Source: an uncultured Mycoplasmatota bacterium
Lineage (GTDB): Bacteria; Bacillota_I; Bacilli_A; RF39; UBA660
Length of the DNA stretch: 51,228 nucleotides
Direction of reading: 5' to 3'
NCBI GenBank assembly: GCA_946488855.1
Contig: CAMLWC010000004.1
Span: 1-51,228 of the forward strand
Part shown: positions 18,907-27,068 of the stretch, piece by piece
Layout: every line of letters begins with the position of its first letter
Position numbering within the stretch: position 1 is the first letter of the stretch
Notes under the pieces: model-generated
Told to the model about the DNA's origin: nothing
The model's database searches: none
Seen by the model: only the letters and a program-made list of their open reading frames with translations
Position numbers and translations under genes: made by a program

Positions 18907-20749
18907 TTATGGAAGAATATTTAGTATGCATATTTTTTTTAGTTAAATATGCTGTATTAATAGTATAAATAATTGAATCATATAAATCATATACATAATC
19001 ATCAATTTTAACTACTCTACTTAAATTATAATCACAATCCAAACAAATGGAATAAGTTATATATTTATTAATATCTTTTGGTAAGTCTTCTACATTAAAT
19101 GTATAGAATCTTTCCATATATTTTTTAAAACCTTTCCATTTAGAATATTCTACATTTCCTAATAAAGTTCTTTTATAAAATTTAATATAATAAACAAGTG
19201 AAATAAAAGAGACAAATAAAACTATTAATGAAGAATAATATGTATCCTTATTTATTAAAAATACACTAATAAGTATTCCAATAATCGAATAAATAATTCC
19301 AACTAATTTAATAGAAAATGTATCACAAAAAAATTCTTTTTCTTCAGCTTCATTAGTTGCTACATTTAACCAATTAGAATATAAATTTAAAAATTCATCA
19401 TAATTTTTAGCTTTATGTTCAAAATTTATTAAACTTATTTCTTTTTTATTATCAAATATTAATTTTAATAACCATTCTTCACTAGTTGTGATATCATTAA
19501 TTTTACCTTTTTTTAATATATAATCCTTTTTATCATTTTCTAATTTTATTACTTTTTTATCAATTAAATATAAAATTGAAGCTACTAAATCATCGTTAGT
19601 TATTTTTTTATGTAATAAATAACCAACTATGGTAGGGTTATAATCATTTGGTATTTCTTCATAAAATTTATATTTAATTGTTTTTTTATTATATTTTTTG
19701 TAAATATTATATAAAATTATTATATTACCAATTATCCATATTGTTAGTATACTAGTTAAAATAACTTTAATTATATCTTCTTTTCTTTCAATTTTAGGTT
19801 CAACATTCATAAGTCTTACTAATAATTGAGTTTTTAATTCATCTTTATCATTTAATTTGCTTACTGCTTCATACGCAATATCATAATCAGTACTAGATAA
19901 ACTTTTTTCAACATTTCCAACTAAATTATAAGCATTTTCTTTTAATTGTTCATATTCTTTGTTTGTTTTATCATTAAAATCGATATTTAAATTATCCTCT
20001 AATTCTACAATAGTAGTAAAAGCTTCTTTTTCTGATAATTTATTTGTATCTAATTTATCAAATACCAATCTAAAATCAAAATAATCACTTGTATTTAAAT
20101 TAGTAATATTTATTTTAATTGTTTCATTATCTATTTTAGTAATTTTACTATCATGGCCATGAACCCAAACTTCTAATAATTTTTTATTATTAGGAATATT
20201 GATTGTAAGCTCAAAATTATTAATTTTTTCATCCATATCATAAAAAAGTGGAAACATAATTTCTGAAATATCTTCATGAGCTATTACCATGTTTTTTAAT
20301 GTATAACTAAGATAAAAATCTTTATTCATTTTAGAAGAATTATATATTTTTATGCTTTCTCCATCATCAAATTTTTCTATTTTATAAACTCCATAATCTC
20401 CTTTAGTAGCTGAATTTAATTCATTAAATAAATCACCTGTTTCAATCATTTCTAATAACGTTAACTCATTTGAATAATCAATAGATCTAACTTCATTTAA
20501 AATTATTCCACTACCATTATAAAGTTGTTTATCAAAAACTATTAATGAATCTCCTTTATACCCCTCATAATTATTACGATATCTAATAGTTCTTTCAAAA
20601 CCATTATATTCGCCATCCATTTTAAAAAATTCTATAACATCAATATTTCCATTTTCTAAAATTGTCATATCTATTTTATAATCAGTTATATTATAAGCAC
20701 ATACTTTTGGTATAAATAAGAAAAACAATAATAAAAATAATTTTTTCAT
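18890..20749 (-). CDS. DUF2207-family membrane protein
   Basis: Signal peptide, ~300-aa extracellular domain, several TM helices and a cytoplasmic region. It is paired with an upstream LemA gene, the usual arrangement. Confidence 0.7.
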   Translation of the reverse strand: MKKLFLLLFFLFIPKVCAYNITDYKIDMTILENGNIDVIEFFKMDGEYNGFERTIRYRNNYEGYKGDSLIVFDKQLYNGSGIILNEVRSIDYSNELTLLEMIETGDLFNELNSATKGDYGVYKIEKFDDGESIKIYNSSKMNKDFYLSYTLKNMVIAHEDISEIMFPLFYDMDEKINNFELTINIPNNKKLLEVWVHGHDSKITKIDNETIKINITNLNTSDYFDFRLVFDKLDTNKLSEKEAFTTIVELEDNLNIDFNDKTNKEYEQLKENAYNLVGNVEKSLSSTDYDIAYEAVSKLNDKDELKTQLLVRLMNVEPKIERKEDIIKVILTSILTIWIIGNIIILYNIYKKYNKKTIKYKFYEEIPNDYNPTIVGYLLHKKITNDDLVASILYLIDKKVIKLENDKKDYILKKGKINDITTSEEWLLKLIFDNKKEISLINFEHKAKNYDEFLNLYSNWLNVATNEAEEKEFFCDTFSIKLVGIIYSIIGILISVFLINKDTYYSSLIVLFVSFISLVYYIKFYKRTLLGNVEYSKWKGFKKYMERFYTFNVEDLPKDINKYITYSICLDCDYNLSRVVKIDDYVYDLYDSIIYTINTAYLTKKNMHTKYSSINKNKR

Positions 20750-20786
20750 TTAAACCTCCTAAAAAAAACTTACATAAGTAAGCTTT

Positions 20787-21350
20787 TTAAAATTGTACTT
20801 TTGGTACTTCTTTATCAGCTTCACTAGCTTCAAAGAATGCTTCTGGTTTGAATCCAAACATTGCAGCAACAATATTAGATGGAAACATTTCTAATTTGTT
20901 TTTATAAACAAGTACCGCATCATTATAGAATTGTCTAGCATATTGAATCTTATCTTCAGTTTCTTTTAAATTAGCTTGCAAATCTAAAAAATTTGTATTT
21001 GCTTTTAAATCTGGATAAGATTCAGCAACAGCCATAAGTCTACCTAATGCTCTAGATAATTCACCATCTGCTTTGATTTCTTCTTCAGTTGTTTTAGCAT
21101 CAACAACTTTGTTTCTAGCTGCTATAACATTTTCTAAAGTTTCACTTTCATGTTTAGCATAACCTTTAACAGTTTCAACTAGATTAGGAATTAAATCTGT
21201 TCTTCTTTTAAGTAAAACATCGATTTGTGACCATTGATCTTTTACTTTATTTCGTAGTGAAACTAAACTATTATATGTTGTTCCAAGAAACAATAAAATT
21301 AATAATACAATAGCTCCAATTACAATTAAAGCAATCATCCATCCTTCCAT
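20787..21350 (-). CDS. lemA: LemA family protein
   Basis: N-terminal TM. YNSLV...WSQIDVLLKRRTDLIPNLVETVKGYAKHE and FYNDAV...FP patterns are characteristic of LemA. Confidence 0.9.
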   Translation of the reverse strand: MEGWMIALIVIGAIVLLILLFLGTTYNSLVSLRNKVKDQWSQIDVLLKRRTDLIPNLVETVKGYAKHESETLENVIAARNKVVDAKTTEEEIKADGELSRALGRLMAVAESYPDLKANTNFLDLQANLKETEDKIQYARQFYNDAVLVYKNKLEMFPSNIVAAMFGFKPEAFFEASEADKEVPKVQF

Positions 21351-21441
21351 ACTCTTTAACCTCCAATATCATTATATAATAAATTAAATAAAAAATAAAT
21401 ACATATTTTATAATTTTTTAAACAAAATAAAACTGAAAGGA

Positions 21442-21657
21442 ATGATTATTTTGAATATCGATATAAGAAAACATATTATAAGTAATTTTAAAGGCGCTGA
21501 AAAAGATGAAATAAAAGTTTCAATTGAAGCATCTATTAAAGAAAATAATGAAATAACATTACCAGGATTAGGGGTGTTTTTTGAAGTATTATGGTCTAAT
21601 TGTGATGAAAATAGTAGAGATTTTATATTAAATACATTAAAAAATTCATTAAATTAA
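21442..21657 (+). CDS. sspI: Small acid-soluble spore protein SspI
   Basis: 71 aa. LNIDIRKHII...LPGLGVFFEVLW...ILNTLKNSL aligns along its whole length with Bacillus SspI (LPGLGVLFEVIW core). Confidence 0.8.
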   Translation: MIILNIDIRKHIISNFKGAEKDEIKVSIEASIKENNEITLPGLGVFFEVLWSNCDENSRDFILNTLKNSLN

Positions 21658-21703
21658 TAAAAAAAGGTTGACAAAATCAATCCTTTTGAGTTAGTATATA
21701 TAG

Positions 21704-21806
21704 TACCAATTCGAGATACTTTCGAATTGGCGCTAGTATCACACTAGCCAACCCCTTTTTATTCTTTTATGCGAACTATTCCTATAAGGAGTAGTTCATT
21801 TTTATT
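21704..21806 (+). ncRNA. Candidate orphan small RNA (promoter, two hairpins, terminator)
   Basis: TTGACA (21668-21673), 18 nt, TAGTAT. Then hairpins CCAATTCGA-gatactt-TCGAATTGG and GCTAGT-atcac-ACTAGC. Then GAACTATTCC-tata-AGGAGTAGTTC followed by TTTTT. No downstream plus-strand gene. Confidence 0.3.
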
Positions 21807-21864
21807 ATAATATATTGACTTTTATCTCGTCAATATTTTTTTATTTTAATAATGTAAATAAATG

Positions 21865-22059
21865 TCAATGAATTTTAATTTTATTATTAGCAATTTCTTC
21901 TAATGCCCTTCCAATCGGTTTTTTTGAAATATATTCATTTTCTTTTAATTGAAAATGTTCTGTTTTTTCTATTTCATGGGCTCTTTTAGAAACTATATTT
22001 ACTAATAAATATTTAGATCCTACTTGATTTAATAATTTATCAATTGATGGATATATCAT
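21865..22059 (-). CDS. rpoZ: DNA-directed RNA polymerase subunit omega
   Basis: 64 aa. MIYPSIDKLLNQVGSKYLLVNIVSKRAHEI matches the conserved RpoZ N-terminus. Confidence 0.85.
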   Translation of the reverse strand: MIYPSIDKLLNQVGSKYLLVNIVSKRAHEIEKTEHFQLKENEYISKKPIGRALEEIANNKIKIH

Positions 22060-22117
22060 TTAATCACCTTCCCTATATTAATAATAAAGCATTATTTAAT
22101 AATTTACAATATATATT

Positions 22118-22720
22118 CTATAATTTTACACTATTTGACAATTCATTATATATTTTATCTATCTTTTCTTTATTATATACTCTTTTATTTAATCTTTTAT
22201 CTATAGTATTATATAATAATCTTCTAGTTGTTAACCATACTCCTGTTACTTCAAACGTTAAGCGACTATTTAAAATAACATAATTGAAAGCATTTTTTTT
22301 TAATATAAAAGGGTTTTTTATTTTTTTATCATTAATAAACCAATATTCATCTTTTATATCACCTTTTATAATTCCTTGTTTATTTAAACTTACAAATTCA
22401 AAAACACCAGCTTCATTAATAACAATTAAATTATTACCAACTATTAAAGTTTTTTGATAAGTATTTAATTTAGATAATTCAGTTATTATCATATCATTAT
22501 TACTATATCTTTCTATTTTTTTAAATGGGTTAATTTTATCACCATATTTATCATAATGTATCATTATTTTAATTACCATACCAGTATTTAAAAATACTAA
22601 GGCAAAATATAACATAACTATTCCAAAATTATTTAACATTGGATTAAATATTCTTAATAAAAAAACTGCAAATACTATTATATAAATAATAAATATAGAA
22701 TAAATAATACTCTTTTTCAT
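22118..22720 (-). CDS. Two-TM membrane protein with a degenerate NERD-like C-terminal domain
   Basis: 200 aa with two N-terminal TM helices. LIVINEAGVFEFVSLNKQGIIKGDIKDEYWFINDKKIKNPF mirrors the NERD pattern (IDhlvi..GvfviExKn..G.i.g....W.....NP), but the D/ExK catalytic residues are not aligned. Confidence 0.35.
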   Translation of the reverse strand: MKKSIIYSIFIIYIIVFAVFLLRIFNPMLNNFGIVMLYFALVFLNTGMVIKIMIHYDKYGDKINPFKKIERYSNNDMIITELSKLNTYQKTLIVGNNLIVINEAGVFEFVSLNKQGIIKGDIKDEYWFINDKKIKNPFILKKNAFNYVILNSRLTFEVTGVWLTTRRLLYNTIDKRLNKRVYNKEKIDKIYNELSNSVKL

Positions 22721-22760
22721 ACTACCACCTATAATAATAATATCATATTTAATTTAAATT

Positions 22761-23435
22761 TTAAATACCATTATCATTAAAACTGTAATAATTATCATTA
22801 CCAATTATTATATGATCTAACACATTAATTCCTAATAATAGACCTACTTCTTTTAATTGTTTGGTAATTAAAATATCATTATTAGATGGTTTAATATTAC
22901 CTGATGGATGATTATGAATACAAATAATGCTTGAAGCACTTAATAAATAAGCTTCTTTAAATACCTCTCTTGGATGAACTAAACTTTGATTAATTGTTCC
23001 TATAAATAACAACTTATCTTTTATAATATGATTTTTAGTATCTAAATAAACACAATAAAAATATTCTTGTTTTTTATCACTTAATTTATCCTTATAATAA
23101 TCAAATATGCTTTGTGATGAGTATATTTTTATTTGATTAATATTATTTATTTTATTATTTATTCTTTTTCCTAATTCAATACTAGCTAAAACTTCACAAG
23201 CTTTAGCTTTACCAATTCCTTTTATTTTAATTAAATTTTCATAATTAATATCTTTTAAATTAGATATACTATCTATTTGTTTTAAAATATTGTTCGCTAA
23301 TTCTTTAACCGATAAATCTTTAGTGCCACATTTTAATAATATAGACAATAATTCTTCATTATTTAAATACTCTACTCCCTTATTTATTAATCTTTCTCTT
23401 GGTCTTTCTTCAATAGGAATATCTTTTATTAATAT
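22761..23435 (-). CDS. radC: RadC-family JAB/MPN-domain protein
   Basis: HhH (IKGIGKAKA) and JAMM motif (CIHNHPSGNIKPSNND). The conserved RadC N-terminus IKDIPIEERPRERLINKG is encoded in frame upstream of the first ATG/GTG/TTG. I extended the CDS to the in-frame ATA at 23435-23433, just downstream of GGAGGG. Confidence 0.75.
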   Translation of the reverse strand: MLIKDIPIEERPRERLINKGVEYLNNEELLSILLKCGTKDLSVKELANNILKQIDSISNLKDINYENLIKIKGIGKAKACEVLASIELGKRINNKINNINQIKIYSSQSIFDYYKDKLSDKKQEYFYCVYLDTKNHIIKDKLLFIGTINQSLVHPREVFKEAYLLSASSIICIHNHPSGNIKPSNNDILITKQLKEVGLLLGINVLDHIIIGNDNYYSFNDNGI

Positions 23436-23436
23436 T

Positions 23437-23883
23437 TTATCCCTCCTCTTTATATTTGCTTAAAATTTGTCTACAAACTTCTTTTATTGTTTCATCATCA
23501 TTTGTTTCTTTTAAAACCATATCATATTGTTTTATTGATTCTATTAATTCATTATCTGAAATAGCAGTAGTTTTAACTATAGTATTTATACCTTTGTTTT
23601 TATAATATTCTTGTAATTTATCTACATTTTCACTATCTAATGAAATACCAATATAAACATAATACATATTATCAATAACACTATAAATATAATCACTTAA
23701 ATTTGATGTGTTTTCTTGCATACTTTCCATATTAGAATAAACCCCTTGTTGAATTAAATAAACATCTTGTTTGACTCCAAAAACTGGAGTTATATCGACA
23801 CTTTCATATTCTTTTAACATATAAAATGATAATAAAAAACCGATTAATAAAGATATAATTATTGTTAATAAATATTTTTTCAT
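23437..23883 (-). CDS. Membrane-anchored SPOR-like domain protein
   Basis: N-terminal TM. YLIQQGVYSNMESMQ...YYVYIGISLDSENVDKLQEYYKNKGI resembles the two beta-alpha-beta halves of a SPOR domain. Confidence 0.4.
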   Translation of the reverse strand: MKKYLLTIIISLLIGFLLSFYMLKEYESVDITPVFGVKQDVYLIQQGVYSNMESMQENTSNLSDYIYSVIDNMYYVYIGISLDSENVDKLQEYYKNKGINTIVKTTAISDNELIESIKQYDMVLKETNDDETIKEVCRQILSKYKEEG

Positions 23884-23932
23884 ATCATCACCAATTTAAT
23901 TATACCCTATTAATCAGTTATATTTTGTCGAA

Positions 23933-25615
23933 TTAAATTAATTCATCTATTTTTGAAACAATATCATTTACATGAACATCAAACACTTGATTAGTTTCTC
24001 TTATTTTTAATTCAACTAAATTATCTTTTGTTTTTTTACCAACTGTAATTCTATATGGAATACCTATTAAATCCATATCATTAAATTTTACCCCTGCTCG
24101 TTCATCACGATCATCTAATATAGTTTCAATATTATTTTTATTTAAATTATTGTATATTGCATTAGCAATTGATTTTTGAATATCATCTTTTTTATCAATT
24201 AAAACAATAGCTACTTTGTAAGGCGCAATTTCAATTGGCCAAATAATACCATTTTCATCATTTCTTTGTTCTATAATAGAAGACATTATTCTACCTAAAC
24301 CAATACCATAACATCCCATTACTACTGGTTTTAATTCATTATTTTCATCTAAATAATTTAAATTTAAATCTTTTGAATATTTAGTACCTAATTTAAAAGT
24401 GTTACCTATTTCAATACCATGTTTAAAATATAGTTTTTTCCCACATTTTGGACATATATCAAATTCTTTAACATTTTTAATATCCCCTACATAGTCATAT
24501 TTAAAGTCAGATGTATTTACGTTCTTATAGTGGTAATCTGTTTTATTAGCACCTACTATATAATTATATTTATATAAAATATCATTATCAATTACTATTT
24601 TAATATCTAAACCGATTGGACCTGCAAATCCTACTTTAGCATTAGTAACCTTTTCTACTTCTTCTAATGAAGCTAATTCAATTGTTTTACCATTTAATAA
24701 TTTTCTTAACTTTGTTTCATTAATTTCTCTATCGCCACTTACTAAACATGCATATAAAATATTATCAACTTTATAAATTAATGTTTTAACAAATTTATCT
24801 TTATCTTCTTTTAAAAATTTAGATATTTCTTCAATTGTTTTAGCATTAGGTGTATGAACTAATTCCTTTTCTTTATACTTTTCTGCTTTTTCTTTATTAA
24901 TTACACATTCACTTACTTCAATATTAGATGCATATCCACAATCACATAAAACTAATATATCTTCTCCAATATCAGTTACAGCTTGAAATTCTTCACTTAA
25001 TAATCCACCCATAACACCTGTATCAGCAGTTACAATACGATAATCAATACCAATTCTATCAAAGATATTTTTATAAGCATTAAACATTTTCATATATGAT
25101 TTGTTTAAACTATCTAATGAAGTATCAAAACTATAAGCATCTTTCATAAAGAATTCTCTTACCCTTATTAAACCATATCTAGGTCTTGGTTCATCACGAT
25201 ATTTGTTTCCAATTTGATATAAATTAAAAGGCATATCTTTATATGATTTTATTTTCATTCTAGCAGCTTCAACAAAAAATTCTTCATGAGTAGGACCTAA
25301 TACTAAACTTCTATTATACCTATCTTTTAAACTAAACATATCATGACCAAAATTATCTCTTCTACCACTACTTATATATACATCTTCAGGTAATAAATTA
25401 GGCATCAATAATTCATTAGCACCTGCTTTATTCATTTCTTCTCTAATAATATTTTCAATATTTTTTAACACTTTTAAACCAAGTGGCATATACATATAAA
25501 TTCCATTACCTATTTTTTTTACCATTCCACTTTTTACAAGTAAATTACCACTTATAGTTTCTTCATCTTTAACATCTTCTCTAAATGTATAGAAAAAATT
25601 TTCACTTAATCGCAT
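23933..25615 (-). CDS. proS: Proline--tRNA ligase (bacterial type with editing insertion)
   Basis: 560 aa. Class II motifs (FRDEPRPRYGLIRVREF, GCYGIGLGR), central INS domain, C-terminal anticodon-binding domain. Confidence 0.95.
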   Translation of the reverse strand: MRLSENFFYTFREDVKDEETISGNLLVKSGMVKKIGNGIYMYMPLGLKVLKNIENIIREEMNKAGANELLMPNLLPEDVYISSGRRDNFGHDMFSLKDRYNRSLVLGPTHEEFFVEAARMKIKSYKDMPFNLYQIGNKYRDEPRPRYGLIRVREFFMKDAYSFDTSLDSLNKSYMKMFNAYKNIFDRIGIDYRIVTADTGVMGGLLSEEFQAVTDIGEDILVLCDCGYASNIEVSECVINKEKAEKYKEKELVHTPNAKTIEEISKFLKEDKDKFVKTLIYKVDNILYACLVSGDREINETKLRKLLNGKTIELASLEEVEKVTNAKVGFAGPIGLDIKIVIDNDILYKYNYIVGANKTDYHYKNVNTSDFKYDYVGDIKNVKEFDICPKCGKKLYFKHGIEIGNTFKLGTKYSKDLNLNYLDENNELKPVVMGCYGIGLGRIMSSIIEQRNDENGIIWPIEIAPYKVAIVLIDKKDDIQKSIANAIYNNLNKNNIETILDDRDERAGVKFNDMDLIGIPYRITVGKKTKDNLVELKIRETNQVFDVHVNDIVSKIDELI

Positions 25616-25661
25616 AATTTCACCTCAACAAAATAATTATATCATAATTTGAAATATTTTA

Positions 25662-26639
25662 TTATAATTTCTTACTAGTTTGTTTAGTTAGTGTATCAAG
25701 AAAACTAGCAGTTGATAATTTAATCTTATCCGTAAACTCTGTTTCAATATTTAAACCTATTATGTCTAAACATTCTTGATAACTTTTTTCATTTATTGCT
25801 TTACTATATTCCATTAGTTTATTAATAAAATCATTATCATTTTTATATGTTTCTAGTATGTATATAGCTATAGGATACCCTAATACATTCCAGGTATCTT
25901 CAATAATAAGTTTTTTTTCAGTAGCGTATTGTTCAAAAAAATCTAACATTTTTTCATAATTATTATCTTTAAAAATTTTATTATATGCTTCTAAACTTAT
26001 GTTTTTCTCTTTTTTATATAATAAAATTAATTTATAAATATAATATACTTTATCCATCAGCTTACAAATCATACGAGCCATAAATTTCATAAACATTTCC
26101 ACGTCATTATGATATACTGTATTTTTTAATTTTTCACAATATACAAACTCAATTCCATAAGATAACGATTCTGTTAACAAATCACTTACAAAATTTCTTC
26201 TAGATTCTGGTTGATTTAAATAATGCATAACTTCATGAATTAATACACAACCATCAGTAATATTATCATTTAAATATATTTCAATTATTCTCTTTTTATC
26301 TTTGTCATAGTATGAGGTTCCAACTCTTGTTATTGAAGCATTTTTATCTATTTTTTTAAATATTAAAATTCCACTTTCAATTAATTCTTTTATCGAAATA
26401 TTCATATGATACTTATCCAAAAATTGTTGAACCAAAGAGATATTTTCTTCCAAACTAACATAAGAAAAATCATATTTTTCGAACTTAATATTTTTTATTA
26501 CTTCAACATACTTATAATAGATATAATTTGATAAATTCCATAAATTTTCTATTTCATCTAATATAAATGGATCATATGAAAAAAATGATAAATTTTCAAA
26601 CCAATCTTTGTAATCTTTAATTCTTTCTTGGCTAACCAT
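25662..26639 (-). CDS. Hypothetical HExxH (gluzincin-like) protein
   Basis: 325 aa. VLIHEVMHYLNQ, followed 18 residues later by TESLSYGIE (possible third ligand). TGCTATAAT extended -10 upstream. Only 46 nt from proS. Confidence 0.45.
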   Translation of the reverse strand: MVSQERIKDYKDWFENLSFFSYDPFILDEIENLWNLSNYIYYKYVEVIKNIKFEKYDFSYVSLEENISLVQQFLDKYHMNISIKELIESGILIFKKIDKNASITRVGTSYYDKDKKRIIEIYLNDNITDGCVLIHEVMHYLNQPESRRNFVSDLLTESLSYGIEFVYCEKLKNTVYHNDVEMFMKFMARMICKLMDKVYYIYKLILLYKKEKNISLEAYNKIFKDNNYEKMLDFFEQYATEKKLIIEDTWNVLGYPIAIYILETYKNDNDFINKLMEYSKAINEKSYQECLDIIGLNIETEFTDKIKLSTASFLDTLTKQTSKKL

Positions 26640-26745
26640 ATTTTCACCGCCTAAATTTGTAAATATTATAGCATAGAATATTGCGAAAATGTTAAATATA
26701 TGTTATTATTAGTATGTAAGGAAAAAACTTGCATATAATAAAAAA

Positions 26746-26829
26746 GGGAACATTCAGTTTTGCAATGTTGAATGTCTACCTTATAAATTTTAGGTTGCAC
26801 TCATTTGCTAAATGAGTGTCATTTTTTTA
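26746..26829 (+). ncRNA. Candidate antisense RNA (putative type I antitoxin) convergent with a small toxin-like ORF
   Basis: TATAAT at 26734-26739. 5' hairpin ACATTCA-N12-TGAATGT. Strong terminator CACTCATTT-gct-AAATGAGTG (26798-26818) plus T7 (26822-26828). The terminator abuts the stop codon of the minus-strand ORF. Confidence 0.35.
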
Positions 26830-26911
26830 TTTCTATTATCATTATTATAAGAAGTGATAAAATGATAATGATATGTTTTAGGACTTTTATTATAAAAAGT
26901 CTTTTTGACAT
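26819..26911 (-). CDS. 30-aa hydrophobic peptide, candidate type I toxin
   Basis: Not in the ORF track. Encodes MSKRLFIIKVLKHIIIILSLLIIMIIEIKK with GGAGG SD 9 nt upstream. The SD region sits next to the TCTCTTAAGAGA palindrome. Confidence 0.45.
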   Translation of the reverse strand: MSKRLFIIKVLKHIIIILSLLIIMIIEIKK

Positions 26912-26975
26912 TTTATCAAACCTCCTCTCTTAAGAGATTCGGTAGACACTCAACAACTAAATATTCCTACTAACA

Positions 26976-27004
26976 AGTATACTATAAATTAACTTATTAT
27001 TCAA
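26976..27004 (-). promoter_or_regulatory. Sigma-A-like promoter for the small toxin-like ORF
   Basis: The minus strand reads TTGAAT (27004-26999), 17-nt spacer, TATACT (26981-26976), which predicts a ~58-nt 5'UTR. Confidence 0.45.
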
Positions 27005-27068
27005 TAATTTACTCGTAATTTATAAAATAATTTATATTAAAAAAAAGAAGATTTCAAATTATATATTT

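Noticed and set aside
25616-27068. Expected T-box leader upstream of proS
   Set aside because: No GGTGGTACC-type T-box sequence occurs on the minus strand in 25616-25661 or 26640-27068. proS appears to be co-transcribed with the upstream HExxH gene.
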